A stretch of 64,000 nt of DNA from NCBI GenBank assembly GCA_965204755.1, contig OZ242011.1:224001-288000 (forward strand), read 5' to 3'. Under the pieces are notes generated by a model, which saw only the letters and a program-made list of their open reading frames with translations, was not told the origin of the DNA and searched no databases. The DNA comes from Candidatus Marinacidobacterium sp. GTDB taxonomy: Bacteria; Acidobacteriota; Vicinamibacteria; Marinacidobacterales; Marinacidobacteraceae. The translations under genes and the position numbers were made by a program. The first letter of the stretch is position 1. The number at the start of each line of letters is the position of its first letter. Positions 48,685-57,407 of the stretch are shown here, piece after piece.

Positions 48685-50043
48685 TCAGGAGCCGAGGACT
48701 TCCGAAACCGCCCCGGAAACCGCGTCCACGATCCGGTCGAGGTCCTCCGGCGTGGAGCAGACCGGCGGCGCGCAGACGAAGACATCCCCGCGCACCCGGC
48801 TGAACACGCCGCGCCGGTCCACCGCGGCGAGCAGGCGCGGCCCGACCTTCTCCTCCGGAGGGAAGAGTTCGCGGGTCGCGCGGTCGCGGACGATCTCGAC
48901 GCCGGCCATGAGCCCCTTGCCGCGCACTTCGCCCACCTGCGGGTGGCCGGACAGCGCTTCGGTCAGGTTCCGCAGCAGGGTTTCCCCCTTCTCCGCCGCG
49001 CGCTCCACCAAACCCTCCTCCGCGATGATGCGGAGGTTTTCGAGCGCGACCGCGCAGGTGACCGGGTGGCCGCTGTAGGTATAGGCGTGCATCCATACCG
49101 GGTCGCCGGCGAGCACCGTCTCCGCCACGCGGTCGGAGAGGCCGATGCCGCCGAGCGGGAGGTATCCCGAAGTGATTCCCTTGGCGAACTGGAAGATGTC
49201 CGGCTCGACCCCCCAGTGCTCGAGTCCGAACATGGTTCCGGTCCGGCCGAAGCCGGTGATGACCTCGTCCGAGACCAGGAGGACTTCGTGGCGGTCGCAG
49301 ACTTCGCGGACGAGCGGGAAGTAGTCGTCCGGGGGAACGATGACGCCGCCCGCGCCCTGCACCGGCTCGGCGAGGAACATGGCGACCGTGGACGGCCCTT
49401 CCTCCCGGATCGCGAGGTCGAGTTCGTCGGCGGCGGCTTCGCCCGGAGTCCTGCCTTCCGGCGGGTCGCGGAAGTACGGGTACGGCGAGGGGATGTGCCG
49501 GAAACCGGGAACGCGCGGCTCGAACATCGGCCAGTAGGCGCTCATGCCCGTCGCGCTCATCGCGGCGAGGGTGACCCCGTGGTAACCCCATACCCGCGAG
49601 ATCACCTTCACTTTCTCCGGTTTCCCGACCGCCTTCCAGTAGTAGCGCGCGGTCTTGATGCTGGAGTCGGTGGCTTCGCCGCCGCCGGAGGTGAAGAAGA
49701 ACCGGTTCACCGAGGGGTAGGCGATCTCCGCCAGGGTTTCGGCGAGCCGGATGGCGTTCGGGTTCGTGCTCCCGGCGTACCCGGAGGCGTACGGCAACTC
49801 GCGCATCTGCTCCGCCGCCCGGTCGGCGAGTTCCCGGCGCCCGTGCCCGACGAAGACATTCCAAAGCCCGGAGAGCGCGTCCACATACTCCCGCCCGTCG
49901 GCGTCGTAGAGGCGCGCCCCCTCGCCGCGCACCCAGCAGTGCCCGCCGGCGACCGCGGGGACGCTGTGGATCGGGTGGATCAGGTGCTCGGCGTCCCGCG
50001 CCAGCAACGCCGCCTTGGCGGATTCGGTCATGGATTCGGTCAT
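48685..50043 (-). CDS. Class III PLP aminotransferase (omega-amino acid:pyruvate type)
   Basis: DALSGLWNV, YHGVT, EPVQGAGG, DEVITGFGRTG, FAKGITSGYLPLG and HAYTYSGHP. Confidence 0.92.
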   Translation of the reverse strand: MTESMTESAKAALLARDAEHLIHPIHSVPAVAGGHCWVRGEGARLYDADGREYVDALSGLWNVFVGHGRRELADRAAEQMRELPYASGYAGSTNPNAIRLAETLAEIAYPSVNRFFFTSGGGEATDSSIKTARYYWKAVGKPEKVKVISRVWGYHGVTLAAMSATGMSAYWPMFEPRVPGFRHIPSPYPYFRDPPEGRTPGEAAADELDLAIREEGPSTVAMFLAEPVQGAGGVIVPPDDYFPLVREVCDRHEVLLVSDEVITGFGRTGTMFGLEHWGVEPDIFQFAKGITSGYLPLGGIGLSDRVAETVLAGDPVWMHAYTYSGHPVTCAVALENLRIIAEEGLVERAAEKGETLLRNLTEALSGHPQVGEVRGKGLMAGVEIVRDRATRELFPPEEKVGPRLLAAVDRRGVFSRVRGDVFVCAPPVCSTPEDLDRIVDAVSGAVSEVLGS

Positions 50044-50067
50044 GGGGCGCTCCTTCCGCGCGGGGCG

Positions 50068-51048
50068 TCAGCGGCCCGCGGCCGCGCGCCCGACCGGGAG
50101 CGCGTCCGGCGAAGTCACGATGAACACCCGGAACCCCTGCTCGATGCGCCCGGCGATGTCGTCCGGCCCGGCGGTGATGCCGCAGGGGACGCCGGCCTCG
50201 AGACAGGCCGCGAGAACCCGCTGGATGGCCTCTTCCACCGCCTCCGGGTCGCCGTCGTAGGCCCGCCGCAGGTCCCCGGGCCCCGGGAAGGCCACGCCCA
50301 CGCCCGGCGCGGACACGATCTCCAAGGCGTTCTCGACGCCCACCCGGTCTTCGATCAGGATCATGCTGACGAGTTCGCCGTCCCCGGCGAGCGGCCAGAG
50401 GTCCGCCCGCGCCTCGTACTCCTCCGGGGAGACGCCGAACACCCGCGCCGCCTCCGGCGAGGGCGCCGGCCTCGACCCGCCGACCCGGGCCGGCCGCATG
50501 GAAGCCACCGCGTGCCGGGCCTCGTCCGCGGTTTCCACATGCGGGAACACGATGGCGTAGGCGCCGGCGTCGAGCCCGGCCGCCGTCCGCTCCCGGGCCT
50601 CCTCCCGCCCGTCTCGGATCGGCGGGATGCGCAGCGCCACCGGATGGGGATTCACGGCGCCCCGGCCCGCCGGAGGCGAGAGCGCCTCCTGGTAGGCCGA
50701 CATGGCGGGCAGGTCGAAGGGCCCGGTCTCCAGGGAGTAGAAGACGAAGTCGGCGAGCGCTTGCCCGGCCATCCGCCGCGCGCTCTCCTCGGTGCGCTCC
50801 CCGGAGAAGATGCCGAACACGACTTCCCCTTCGGCGAGCAGGGCGGCGATCCGGTTCCACTGCGGGCCGGCCCCGCCGGGCGCGGAGGCGGAAGACGCAT
50901 CCGAAGCCGGCGCCGGGGACTGCGCCTCCCCGCCGCCCGGCGCGCCGCAGCCCGCCGCGGCGAGGGCGGCGAGCATGGCCGCCGCCGGACGCAACCGGTC
51001 GGGGACGCGGAACGGGCCGGGATTCGCGGTCTGCATTCGGTGGTTCAC
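50068..51048 (-). CDS. HpcH/HpaI aldolase/citrate-lyase family protein with lipoprotein-like leader
   Basis: FYSLETGPFD, GLDAGAYAIVFPHVETADEA, LIEDRVGVEN, GPGDL and GVPCGI; LAAAGC lipobox; start uncertain. Confidence 0.8.
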   Translation of the reverse strand: MNHRMQTANPGPFRVPDRLRPAAAMLAALAAAGCGAPGGGEAQSPAPASDASSASAPGGAGPQWNRIAALLAEGEVVFGIFSGERTEESARRMAGQALADFVFYSLETGPFDLPAMSAYQEALSPPAGRGAVNPHPVALRIPPIRDGREEARERTAAGLDAGAYAIVFPHVETADEARHAVASMRPARVGGSRPAPSPEAARVFGVSPEEYEARADLWPLAGDGELVSMILIEDRVGVENALEIVSAPGVGVAFPGPGDLRRAYDGDPEAVEEAIQRVLAACLEAGVPCGITAGPDDIAGRIEQGFRVFIVTSPDALPVGRAAAGR

Positions 51049-51389
51049 GGGGCGCCTCGAGGCCGGGTGGAGGGGCGCCCGACCGCTGCTATCGTACCCG
51101 GCTCGCCCGCGCCGGAACGGCTGAAGAAGAGCGCGTCACGCGTTCCGGAAACGGGCGCCCGGAGGAGTCCGGGAGCCGCCGGAGCGGCCCCGCCCGGGAG
51201 TTCGCGGGCGAGGCGGAAACCGCCTCCCGGCGGCGCGGGAGGCCGGCCGGCGCCGCCCGGTCCGCTTCGTCGGCGCCCCTCCCCGCTCCCTCTCCCGCTT
51301 CGCGCGGTCGGCCCGCTCCGACCGGCGATTCGGGGCACACCGGTTCGTTTCGATCCGCCCACCCGTCCTTCGACAAGGAGACACCTCCC

Positions 51390-51890
51390 ATGGCCACCGT
51401 CAACCTCCACGGCGACCCCTGCGCCATTTCCGGCGACCTTCCCCGCGTCGGCGAGCCCGCGCCGTCCTTCAGCCTCACCGGCAGCGACCTCGCCGACCTC
51501 ACGCTGGCCGACTTCGCCGGCAAGCGCCTCGTGCTGAACATCTTCCCCAGCGTGGACACGCCGGTCTGCGCGACTTCCGTCCGGCGTTTCAACGAAGAGG
51601 CCGCCGCGCTCCCCGATACGGAAGTCCTCTGCGTCTCCCGCGACCTGCCGTTCGCGCAGGCGCGGTTCTGCGCCGCCGAGGAACTCGAGCGGGTGCGGTG
51701 CGCCTCGGAGATGCGCAGCGGCGCGTTCGGCGAGGCCTACGGCGTCCGCATCGTGAACGGCCCGCTGGCCGGACTCTTCGCCCGCGCCATCGTGGTGGTG
51801 GACGCCTCCGGCGCCGTCGCGCACTCGCAACTCGTTCCCGAAATCGCCGAAGAACCGGACTACGCCGCCGCCCTGGCCGCCGGCGCCTGA
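51390..51890 (+). CDS. tpx: Thiol peroxidase
   Basis: NIFPSVDTPVCATSVRRFN, SRDLPFAQARFC and EIAEEPDY. Confidence 0.95.
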   Translation: MATVNLHGDPCAISGDLPRVGEPAPSFSLTGSDLADLTLADFAGKRLVLNIFPSVDTPVCATSVRRFNEEAAALPDTEVLCVSRDLPFAQARFCAAEELERVRCASEMRSGAFGEAYGVRIVNGPLAGLFARAIVVVDASGAVAHSQLVPEIAEEPDYAAALAAGA

Positions 51891-52167
51891 CAGCCCGCCT
51901 CGAACCCGACGGACCGCTCGGCGTTCGCCCCTCGGCGTTCGCCGCTCGCCGTTCGCCGCCGCCGCTCCACCCGGCGGAGGCGGTATCCTTTTCGATCCGC
52001 CGCCGCCCGGGGACGGGCCGGCCCGACCGCTCCGCCGCGACCCGCTCCACCGCTCCCGCGGGGCCGGCCGTCCCTCGAACCTTCCCAGACAGTCGAGACA
52101 TCATGCGCCGCCCAGACACCGCACCGCACCGGGCCTCCGAGAGCCGCGAGTCCCTCGCCGAGAAACC

Positions 52168-53001
52168 TTGACCGCCGAAGGAAGCGGAACGGCGGCGCTC
52201 GCGGAAACGGAAGCGGACGAGCAGGAGCCGGCGCCGGAGGACGCCCCCCCGGCCGCGGCGTCCGAACCCCCGGCGGAGCCGGCGTCCCCGGCGGAGCCGC
52301 TGTCCGCAGCGGAGCCGCTGTCCCCGGCAGAGCCGCCGTCCCCGGCAGAGCCGCCGTCCGATACCGCCGAAGAAGCGCCGGCCCCGCCTCCCTACGAGCC
52401 CGACGACCTGGTCTTCTACCCGCAGATCGGTCACTGCGAGGTCGGCGCCGTCATCTCCGACGAGCAGACCGGACTCGACCTGCTGGAACTGACGCCGCGG
52501 GAATCCAGCGTCGCCGGCGCGGCGGCGAACCGCATCCTGGTCCCGCTCGACCAACTCGAACGGCGCGGCATCCGACGGTCCGGCGACGCCCCCGGCGTGA
52601 TCGAAGAGATCCTCGGTTCCGACTTCGAGCCGACGATCGAGGACGCCGCCGAGCGGCTCGACCTCATCACCGCGCAGGAGCGCGAAGGAACGGTCGGCAG
52701 CCTGGCGCTGGCCCTGAAGCGCCTCCACCTCCGCCGGGAGACCAAGGTGATCACCCGCGAAGAGGAGAAGCGCCGCGTGCGGATCCGCAAGTGGCTGGTC
52801 GCCGACTACATGGCCGAGGAGGAAGGCCGCACCGGCGGCCAGGCGCAGTCCGCGGTCACCGGCTTCCTCGCCCGCACCATGAAGGCGGTCCGCGCCCGCG
52901 AGGAAGCGGAGGCGATCGAGCGGAGACTGCGCGAGCGCGCCGAGCGCAAGGCCGAAGCCGCCAAGAAGAAGGCGCTCCGCAGGAAGGCCGAACGGGCCTG
53001 A
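52168..53001 (+). CDS. Divergent CarD-like (CarD/TRCF RID) transcription factor
   Basis: DLVFYPQIGHCEV...RILVPLDQLERRGIR RID-like domain followed by a helical C-domain. Confidence 0.65.
   Translation: MTAEGSGTAALAETEADEQEPAPEDAPPAAASEPPAEPASPAEPLSAAEPLSPAEPPSPAEPPSDTAEEAPAPPPYEPDDLVFYPQIGHCEVGAVISDEQTGLDLLELTPRESSVAGAAANRILVPLDQLERRGIRRSGDAPGVIEEILGSDFEPTIEDAAERLDLITAQEREGTVGSLALALKRLHLRRETKVITREEEKRRVRIRKWLVADYMAEEEGRTGGQAQSAVTGFLARTMKAVRAREEAEAIERRLRERAERKAEAAKKKALRRKAERA
52272..52360 (+). repeat. 18-bp tandem repeats encoding AEPxSP
   Basis: About five gcggagccgctgtccccg-like units. Confidence 0.7.
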
Positions 53002-53102
53002 ATCCGGCGGGGAACACCCTCCTCCGGAGACGCGGCGTTCCGGTCGGAGACCCGGACCGAGATGGGGCCCGCCGCCGAAACCGCGCCTCGAGAAACGCCT
53101 CG

Positions 53103-54734
53103 ATGAGCGCCTCCCGCCCGCTCTTCCCGCCCGGCGGGCCGAAACCGGCGACCGGCTGGCGGGCGCCCCGCCCCGCGCCGCCGCCCCGGCCCGCGCCCCG
53201 CGCCGAGGGGAACGGGGGAGGCGCCGAACCCGGCAGCGCCGACCGGCCCTACTCCGTGGTCGAGTTGAGCCGCCTGATCCGGAAGACGCTCGAAGACGGT
53301 TTCGGGCATCCCGTCTGGCTGGAGGGCGAGATCTCGGCGATCGGCGGGAGGGACCACCTCTTCCTGACCTTCCGGCAGGACGGCGCCGTCCTCGCCGCCA
53401 TCATCTGGGGGAGCGACGCGCGGAGACTCGATTTCCGCCCGGCGCAGGGCGACCGCGTGCGCGCGCGGGGCCGGATCAGCGCCTACGCCGGCGACAGCAA
53501 GTACCAGTTCCACATCAAGAACCTCCAGCCGGTCGGCCGGGGCGCGCTGCTCCTCGAACTCCGGGAGCGGGAGGAGCGCCTGCGGGCCGAGGGCCTGTTC
53601 GACGACGCCCGGAAGAAGCCCCTGCCCTACCTGCCCCTGCGGATCGGCCTCCTCACCGCGGCGGGCTCCAACGCGTACAACGACTTCGTCCAAACCGCCC
53701 ACCGGAGGTTCCCCGGCCTCCGCATCGTCGTCCGCGCCGCCACGGTCCAGGGCGTACGGGCCCCGGACGAACTCCGCGCCGGGATCCGGGCGCTCGACCG
53801 GCGGGGACTCGACCTCATCGTCGTAACCCGGGGCGGCGGGAGTTTCGAGCAACTCCTCCCGTTCAGCGAAGAAGCGGTGGTTCGCGCGGCCGCGGCCTGC
53901 TCCACCCCGCTGGTGAGCGCCGTCGGCCACGAGGACGACCGGCCCCTCCTCGACTTCGCCGCCGACTACCGGGCCAAGACCCCCACCGCCGCCGCCGAGG
54001 AAGTGATCCGCAACCGCGGGGAACTCCGGCAGGAACTCGCCTCCCGCGAGCGGGACGCGCGGTTGTCGGCGCGCGCCGCCCTGGGCGCCGCGGCGCAGCG
54101 GCTGGCCGCCCTCGCGGAACACCGCGGCCGGACCGCGCTGCCGCACCACCTGCGCCGGCAGGCGGACGCCCTGCGCCTCCTCGGCAACCGCGCGAAGAGC
54201 GCCTTCCGCGCCGCCGCCGACGCCCGCCGCGAGCGCGCCGAACGGCTGCGCGCTTCCGCGGCGACGGGACATCCGGCGCGCCAACTCGCCGCCCGGAGCG
54301 ACGCGCTCGCCGCCCTGCGCCGCCGCCTCGCCGCGACCGCGCCGTTCGCCGCGCGGGAGCGGCGGCTCCTCGGGGCGGCCGCCCGGCTCTCGCCGGAACC
54401 GCTCCGGGAGAGGGTCGCCGCGGCGCGGGAGGACTGCCGCCGGCGCCTCGCCCGGGCCGGCCGCGCCGTCGGGAACCGCCTGGCCTCGGCGGCGGCCCGC
54501 GCCGCCGGGCGCGCCGAAGCGCTCGCCGCCCTCGATCCGACAGCGGTGCTCCGGCGGGGATACAGCGTCACCCTCGACCGGGACGGACGCGCCCTCCGTT
54601 CCGCCGAAGAGGTCCGGCCGGGCGAACCGGTGCGGATCACCCTCGCCCGCGGCGCACTCGGCGCGCGGGTCGAGGAAGTCATCCTGAACCGCGCCCCCGG
54701 CGAGCCGAACCGATCCCCCGGCGAGACCCCGTGA
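53103..54734 (+). CDS. xseA: Exodeoxyribonuclease VII large subunit
   Basis: VWLEGEIS, EGLFD..RKKPLP, VQG, TRGGGS, SAVGHEDD, DYRAKTPTAAAE and LRRGYS. Confidence 0.93.
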   Translation: MSASRPLFPPGGPKPATGWRAPRPAPPPRPAPRAEGNGGGAEPGSADRPYSVVELSRLIRKTLEDGFGHPVWLEGEISAIGGRDHLFLTFRQDGAVLAAIIWGSDARRLDFRPAQGDRVRARGRISAYAGDSKYQFHIKNLQPVGRGALLLELREREERLRAEGLFDDARKKPLPYLPLRIGLLTAAGSNAYNDFVQTAHRRFPGLRIVVRAATVQGVRAPDELRAGIRALDRRGLDLIVVTRGGGSFEQLLPFSEEAVVRAAAACSTPLVSAVGHEDDRPLLDFAADYRAKTPTAAAEEVIRNRGELRQELASRERDARLSARAALGAAAQRLAALAEHRGRTALPHHLRRQADALRLLGNRAKSAFRAAADARRERAERLRASAATGHPARQLAARSDALAALRRRLAATAPFAARERRLLGAAARLSPEPLRERVAAAREDCRRRLARAGRAVGNRLASAAARAAGRAEALAALDPTAVLRRGYSVTLDRDGRALRSAEEVRPGEPVRITLARGALGARVEEVILNRAPGEPNRSPGETP

Positions 54735-55249
54735 GCGGGACCGACGAGGCCCGGAAGGCCGAAGGGTCCCCGCCGGGTCTCGGGGACTACGAGCGCCTCG
54801 AAACCGGCCTGCGGCAGGCCGTCGAGCGGCTGGGCGCCGAGGAGTTGCCGCTCGAAAAGCGGCTCGCGCTCCACGGCCGGGCGGTTCGACTGCAGGGCCG
54901 GGCGGAGGAGTTGCTCCGGGCCGCCCGGCGGAAGACGGAGGCCGTCGAGCAGGCCGCCGAGGAAGACTCCGCGCCGGACGAGCCGGCGGCGGACACCCCC
55001 GGCGCGGAAGAGACCGAGCCCTACGAGTCCCTCCACGAGCGCCTGGAACAAGCCGTCCGCCGGCTCGAGGAAAGCGGGGACGACCTCCCTCTCGAGGAAG
55101 TCGTCCGCCTCCACGCGGAAGCGCACGAACTCGCCGCCCGCTGCAACGCGATCCTGAAGGCCGCGCATGGCCGGATCGAAACCTTGGAGGCGAGCCGGGA
55201 AGGCGTCGGGGACCCGCCGGCGGACGAGGACGACGGTGTCCCGTCCTGA
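54731..55249 (+). CDS. xseB: Exodeoxyribonuclease VII small subunit, two XseB domains fused
   Basis: Lies between xseA and ispA; two copies of YE.L...L.QAV.RL....LPLE....LH..A..L......L.AA....E. Confidence 0.8.
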   Translation: MSGTDEARKAEGSPPGLGDYERLETGLRQAVERLGAEELPLEKRLALHGRAVRLQGRAEELLRAARRKTEAVEQAAEEDSAPDEPAADTPGAEETEPYESLHERLEQAVRRLEESGDDLPLEEVVRLHAEAHELAARCNAILKAAHGRIETLEASREGVGDPPADEDDGVPS

Positions 55250-56201
55250 GCCCCCGGCGGACGACGAGCCTGCCCCGGCGCCCGCGGGCGGCGGTGAACT
55301 CGACGCCTTCCTCCGGGAGTCCGCCGACCGGGTCGAAGACTTCCTCGACCGCCTCCTCCCGTCAGCGGGAGCGAACCCGGCCGGCCCGGCCCTCCCCGCC
55401 GCCATGCGGCACGCGGCCCTCGGCGGGGGCAAACGGATCCGGCCGGCGGTGGCGATGGCCGCCTCGGTAACCGTCGGCGGGAGGGCTCTGGACGCGCTCC
55501 ACCCCGCCGGCGCGGTGGAGATGATCCACACCTATTCCCTCATCCACGACGACCTCCCCTGCATGGACGACGACGAGTTGCGGCGCGGCCGGCCGACCGT
55601 CCATGTGGCCTACGGCGAAGCGATGGCGGTGCTGGCGGGGGACGCCCTCCACGCGCTCGCCTTCGAGACCCTCGCCGGCCCTTCGCCGGCGAACGGGTTG
55701 CCCCCGGCCCGGCGCGCGGAAGCCGTCCGGCGGCTCGCCGCCGCCGGCGGGCACGCCGGAATGGCCGGCGGCCAAGCCCTGGACATCGAGGCGGAGACGC
55801 GCCCGCCGGACGCCTCCGGCCTGGAGGCGATCCACCGCCGGAAGACCGGGGCGCTGCTCGGGGCGGCGGCGGCGCTCGGCGCGCTCGCCGGCGGGGGCTC
55901 GGCGGAGCAGGTCGAGGCGCTCGACCGGGCGGGCCGGGAACTGGGGCTGGTCTTCCAGATCGTGGACGACCTCCTGGACGAGGAAGCAACCACCGAGGCC
56001 CTCGGCAAGTCGGCGGGGAAGGACCGCGCCGCCGGCAAGGCCACCTACCCCGCCCTCCACGGGCTCGCCGCCGCGCGGGACGAGGCCCGGCGGCGCACCG
56101 GGAGCGTCCGGCAACGGATCGCCGCCGTCCCGGACGCCTCCCGGACCGGCGTACGCCTCCTGCAGGGACTCGCCGCCCGTATCCTCCACCGGGGCGCCTG
56201 A
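55236..56201 (+). CDS. ispA: Polyprenyl (geranyl/farnesyl) diphosphate synthase
   Basis: GGKRIRP, HTYSLIHDDLPCMDDDELRRGRPT, GQALD, KTGALL and FQIVDDLLD. Confidence 0.93.
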   Translation: MSRPEPPADDEPAPAPAGGGELDAFLRESADRVEDFLDRLLPSAGANPAGPALPAAMRHAALGGGKRIRPAVAMAASVTVGGRALDALHPAGAVEMIHTYSLIHDDLPCMDDDELRRGRPTVHVAYGEAMAVLAGDALHALAFETLAGPSPANGLPPARRAEAVRRLAAAGGHAGMAGGQALDIEAETRPPDASGLEAIHRRKTGALLGAAAALGALAGGGSAEQVEALDRAGRELGLVFQIVDDLLDEEATTEALGKSAGKDRAAGKATYPALHGLAAARDEARRRTGSVRQRIAAVPDASRTGVRLLQGLAARILHRGA

Positions 56202-56231
56202 CCGCCCCCCTCCCCTCCCCCGGAGACCGCC

Positions 56232-57272
56232 GTGGCCGAGACCAGGAAAGCGCGCCGCCCCGGCCGGCCGCGCCGCGCCCGCGCGGAGGAAGCGTCCCGC
56301 CGCTTCGTCCTCCCCGAGGGCCGCGCCCCCCGGATCGGGCTCGCGGCGAAAGTCGCCGCCCCGGAAGCGGCGGAGACCGCTGGGCTCCTCTCCCGCTGGC
56401 TCGCCGGGCGCGGCGTGGAACTCCGAGTCGAAGCCGGCCTCGCCGACGCCGCCGGCTGGCGCGGGGACGCCGCGCCCCTCGAGCGCCTGGGGGACGGCCG
56501 CGACCTGATGGTGGTGCTCGGCGGGGACGGGACGATGCTCTCCGCCGCCCGGGCCATCGGCGCCGCGCAGGTCCCCATCTTCGGGGTGAACCTGGGCAGT
56601 CTGGGATTCCTCACCAAGGCGCCGCTCGACCAGTTGTATCCCGCGGTCGAGGCGATCCTCGACGGGCAGGCGCTCCGCGACGAACGGACCACGCTGGCGG
56701 TCACGCTGCGGAGGAACGGCGAGACGCTCCGCGAGGACAATGTCCTGAACGATGTGGTGGTTACCGGGGGAGCGATCGCCCGCGTCCTGGAAGTGCGCAT
56801 CCGCACCAGCCGCGGCTTCGTGGCGACGGTGCTCGGCGACGGCGTCATCGTGGCGACGCCCACCGGCTCCACCGCCTACAACCTGGGCGCCGGCGGCCCG
56901 GTGGTGCACCCGGCGGTGGAGGCGATCGTCCTGGTGCCCATCGTGCCGCTGACCCTGACCCAGCGCCCGGTGGTGTTCCCGGACTCCGAGGAGTTGACCC
57001 TCGAACTCCGGGGCCGGCAGCAGCCGGTGCATGTGACCTTCGACGGCCAGGCGAGCCAGCCGCTCCTCCCCGGGGACTCCCTGCGGCTCGCCAAGTCCCC
57101 GGTGCGCGTGAGCCTGCTCAGCCTCCCCGACCACGACTACTTCCGGGTCCTCCGCCGGAAACTCCTCTGGAGCGCCCTCCCCCCGAAGCGCGCCCGCCGC
57201 CCGGTCCCCGCGCCGCCGGGAGACGCGCCGGAAGACCCCGAGGAGCCGCCGCCGGTTCGCTCGGGACAGTGA
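56232..57272 (+). CDS. nadK: NAD kinase
   Basis: LGGDGTML, NLGSLGFL, LNDVVV and DGVIVATPTGSTAYNLGAGGP. Confidence 0.95.
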   Translation: MAETRKARRPGRPRRARAEEASRRFVLPEGRAPRIGLAAKVAAPEAAETAGLLSRWLAGRGVELRVEAGLADAAGWRGDAAPLERLGDGRDLMVVLGGDGTMLSAARAIGAAQVPIFGVNLGSLGFLTKAPLDQLYPAVEAILDGQALRDERTTLAVTLRRNGETLREDNVLNDVVVTGGAIARVLEVRIRTSRGFVATVLGDGVIVATPTGSTAYNLGAGGPVVHPAVEAIVLVPIVPLTLTQRPVVFPDSEELTLELRGRQQPVHVTFDGQASQPLLPGDSLRLAKSPVRVSLLSLPDHDYFRVLRRKLLWSALPPKRARRPVPAPPGDAPEDPEEPPPVRSGQ

Positions 57273-57407
57273 CGACCGGCGCGTCGCCGACTCCTCCCCG
57301 GACCTCCGGGAACCCCGCCGCCGGAGAGGGATGACGGCCCTGCCGGCGTCTCCGGCGCCCTCCGATCGCGGCCCGCGCGCCGCCGCGGCTCAAGGCGGTT
57401 CGAGTCC

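Noticed and set aside
51050-52167. tRNA or ncRNA in the GC-rich intergenic stretches flanking tpx
   Set aside because: No cloverleaf or recognisable RNA family; only generic GC hairpins.
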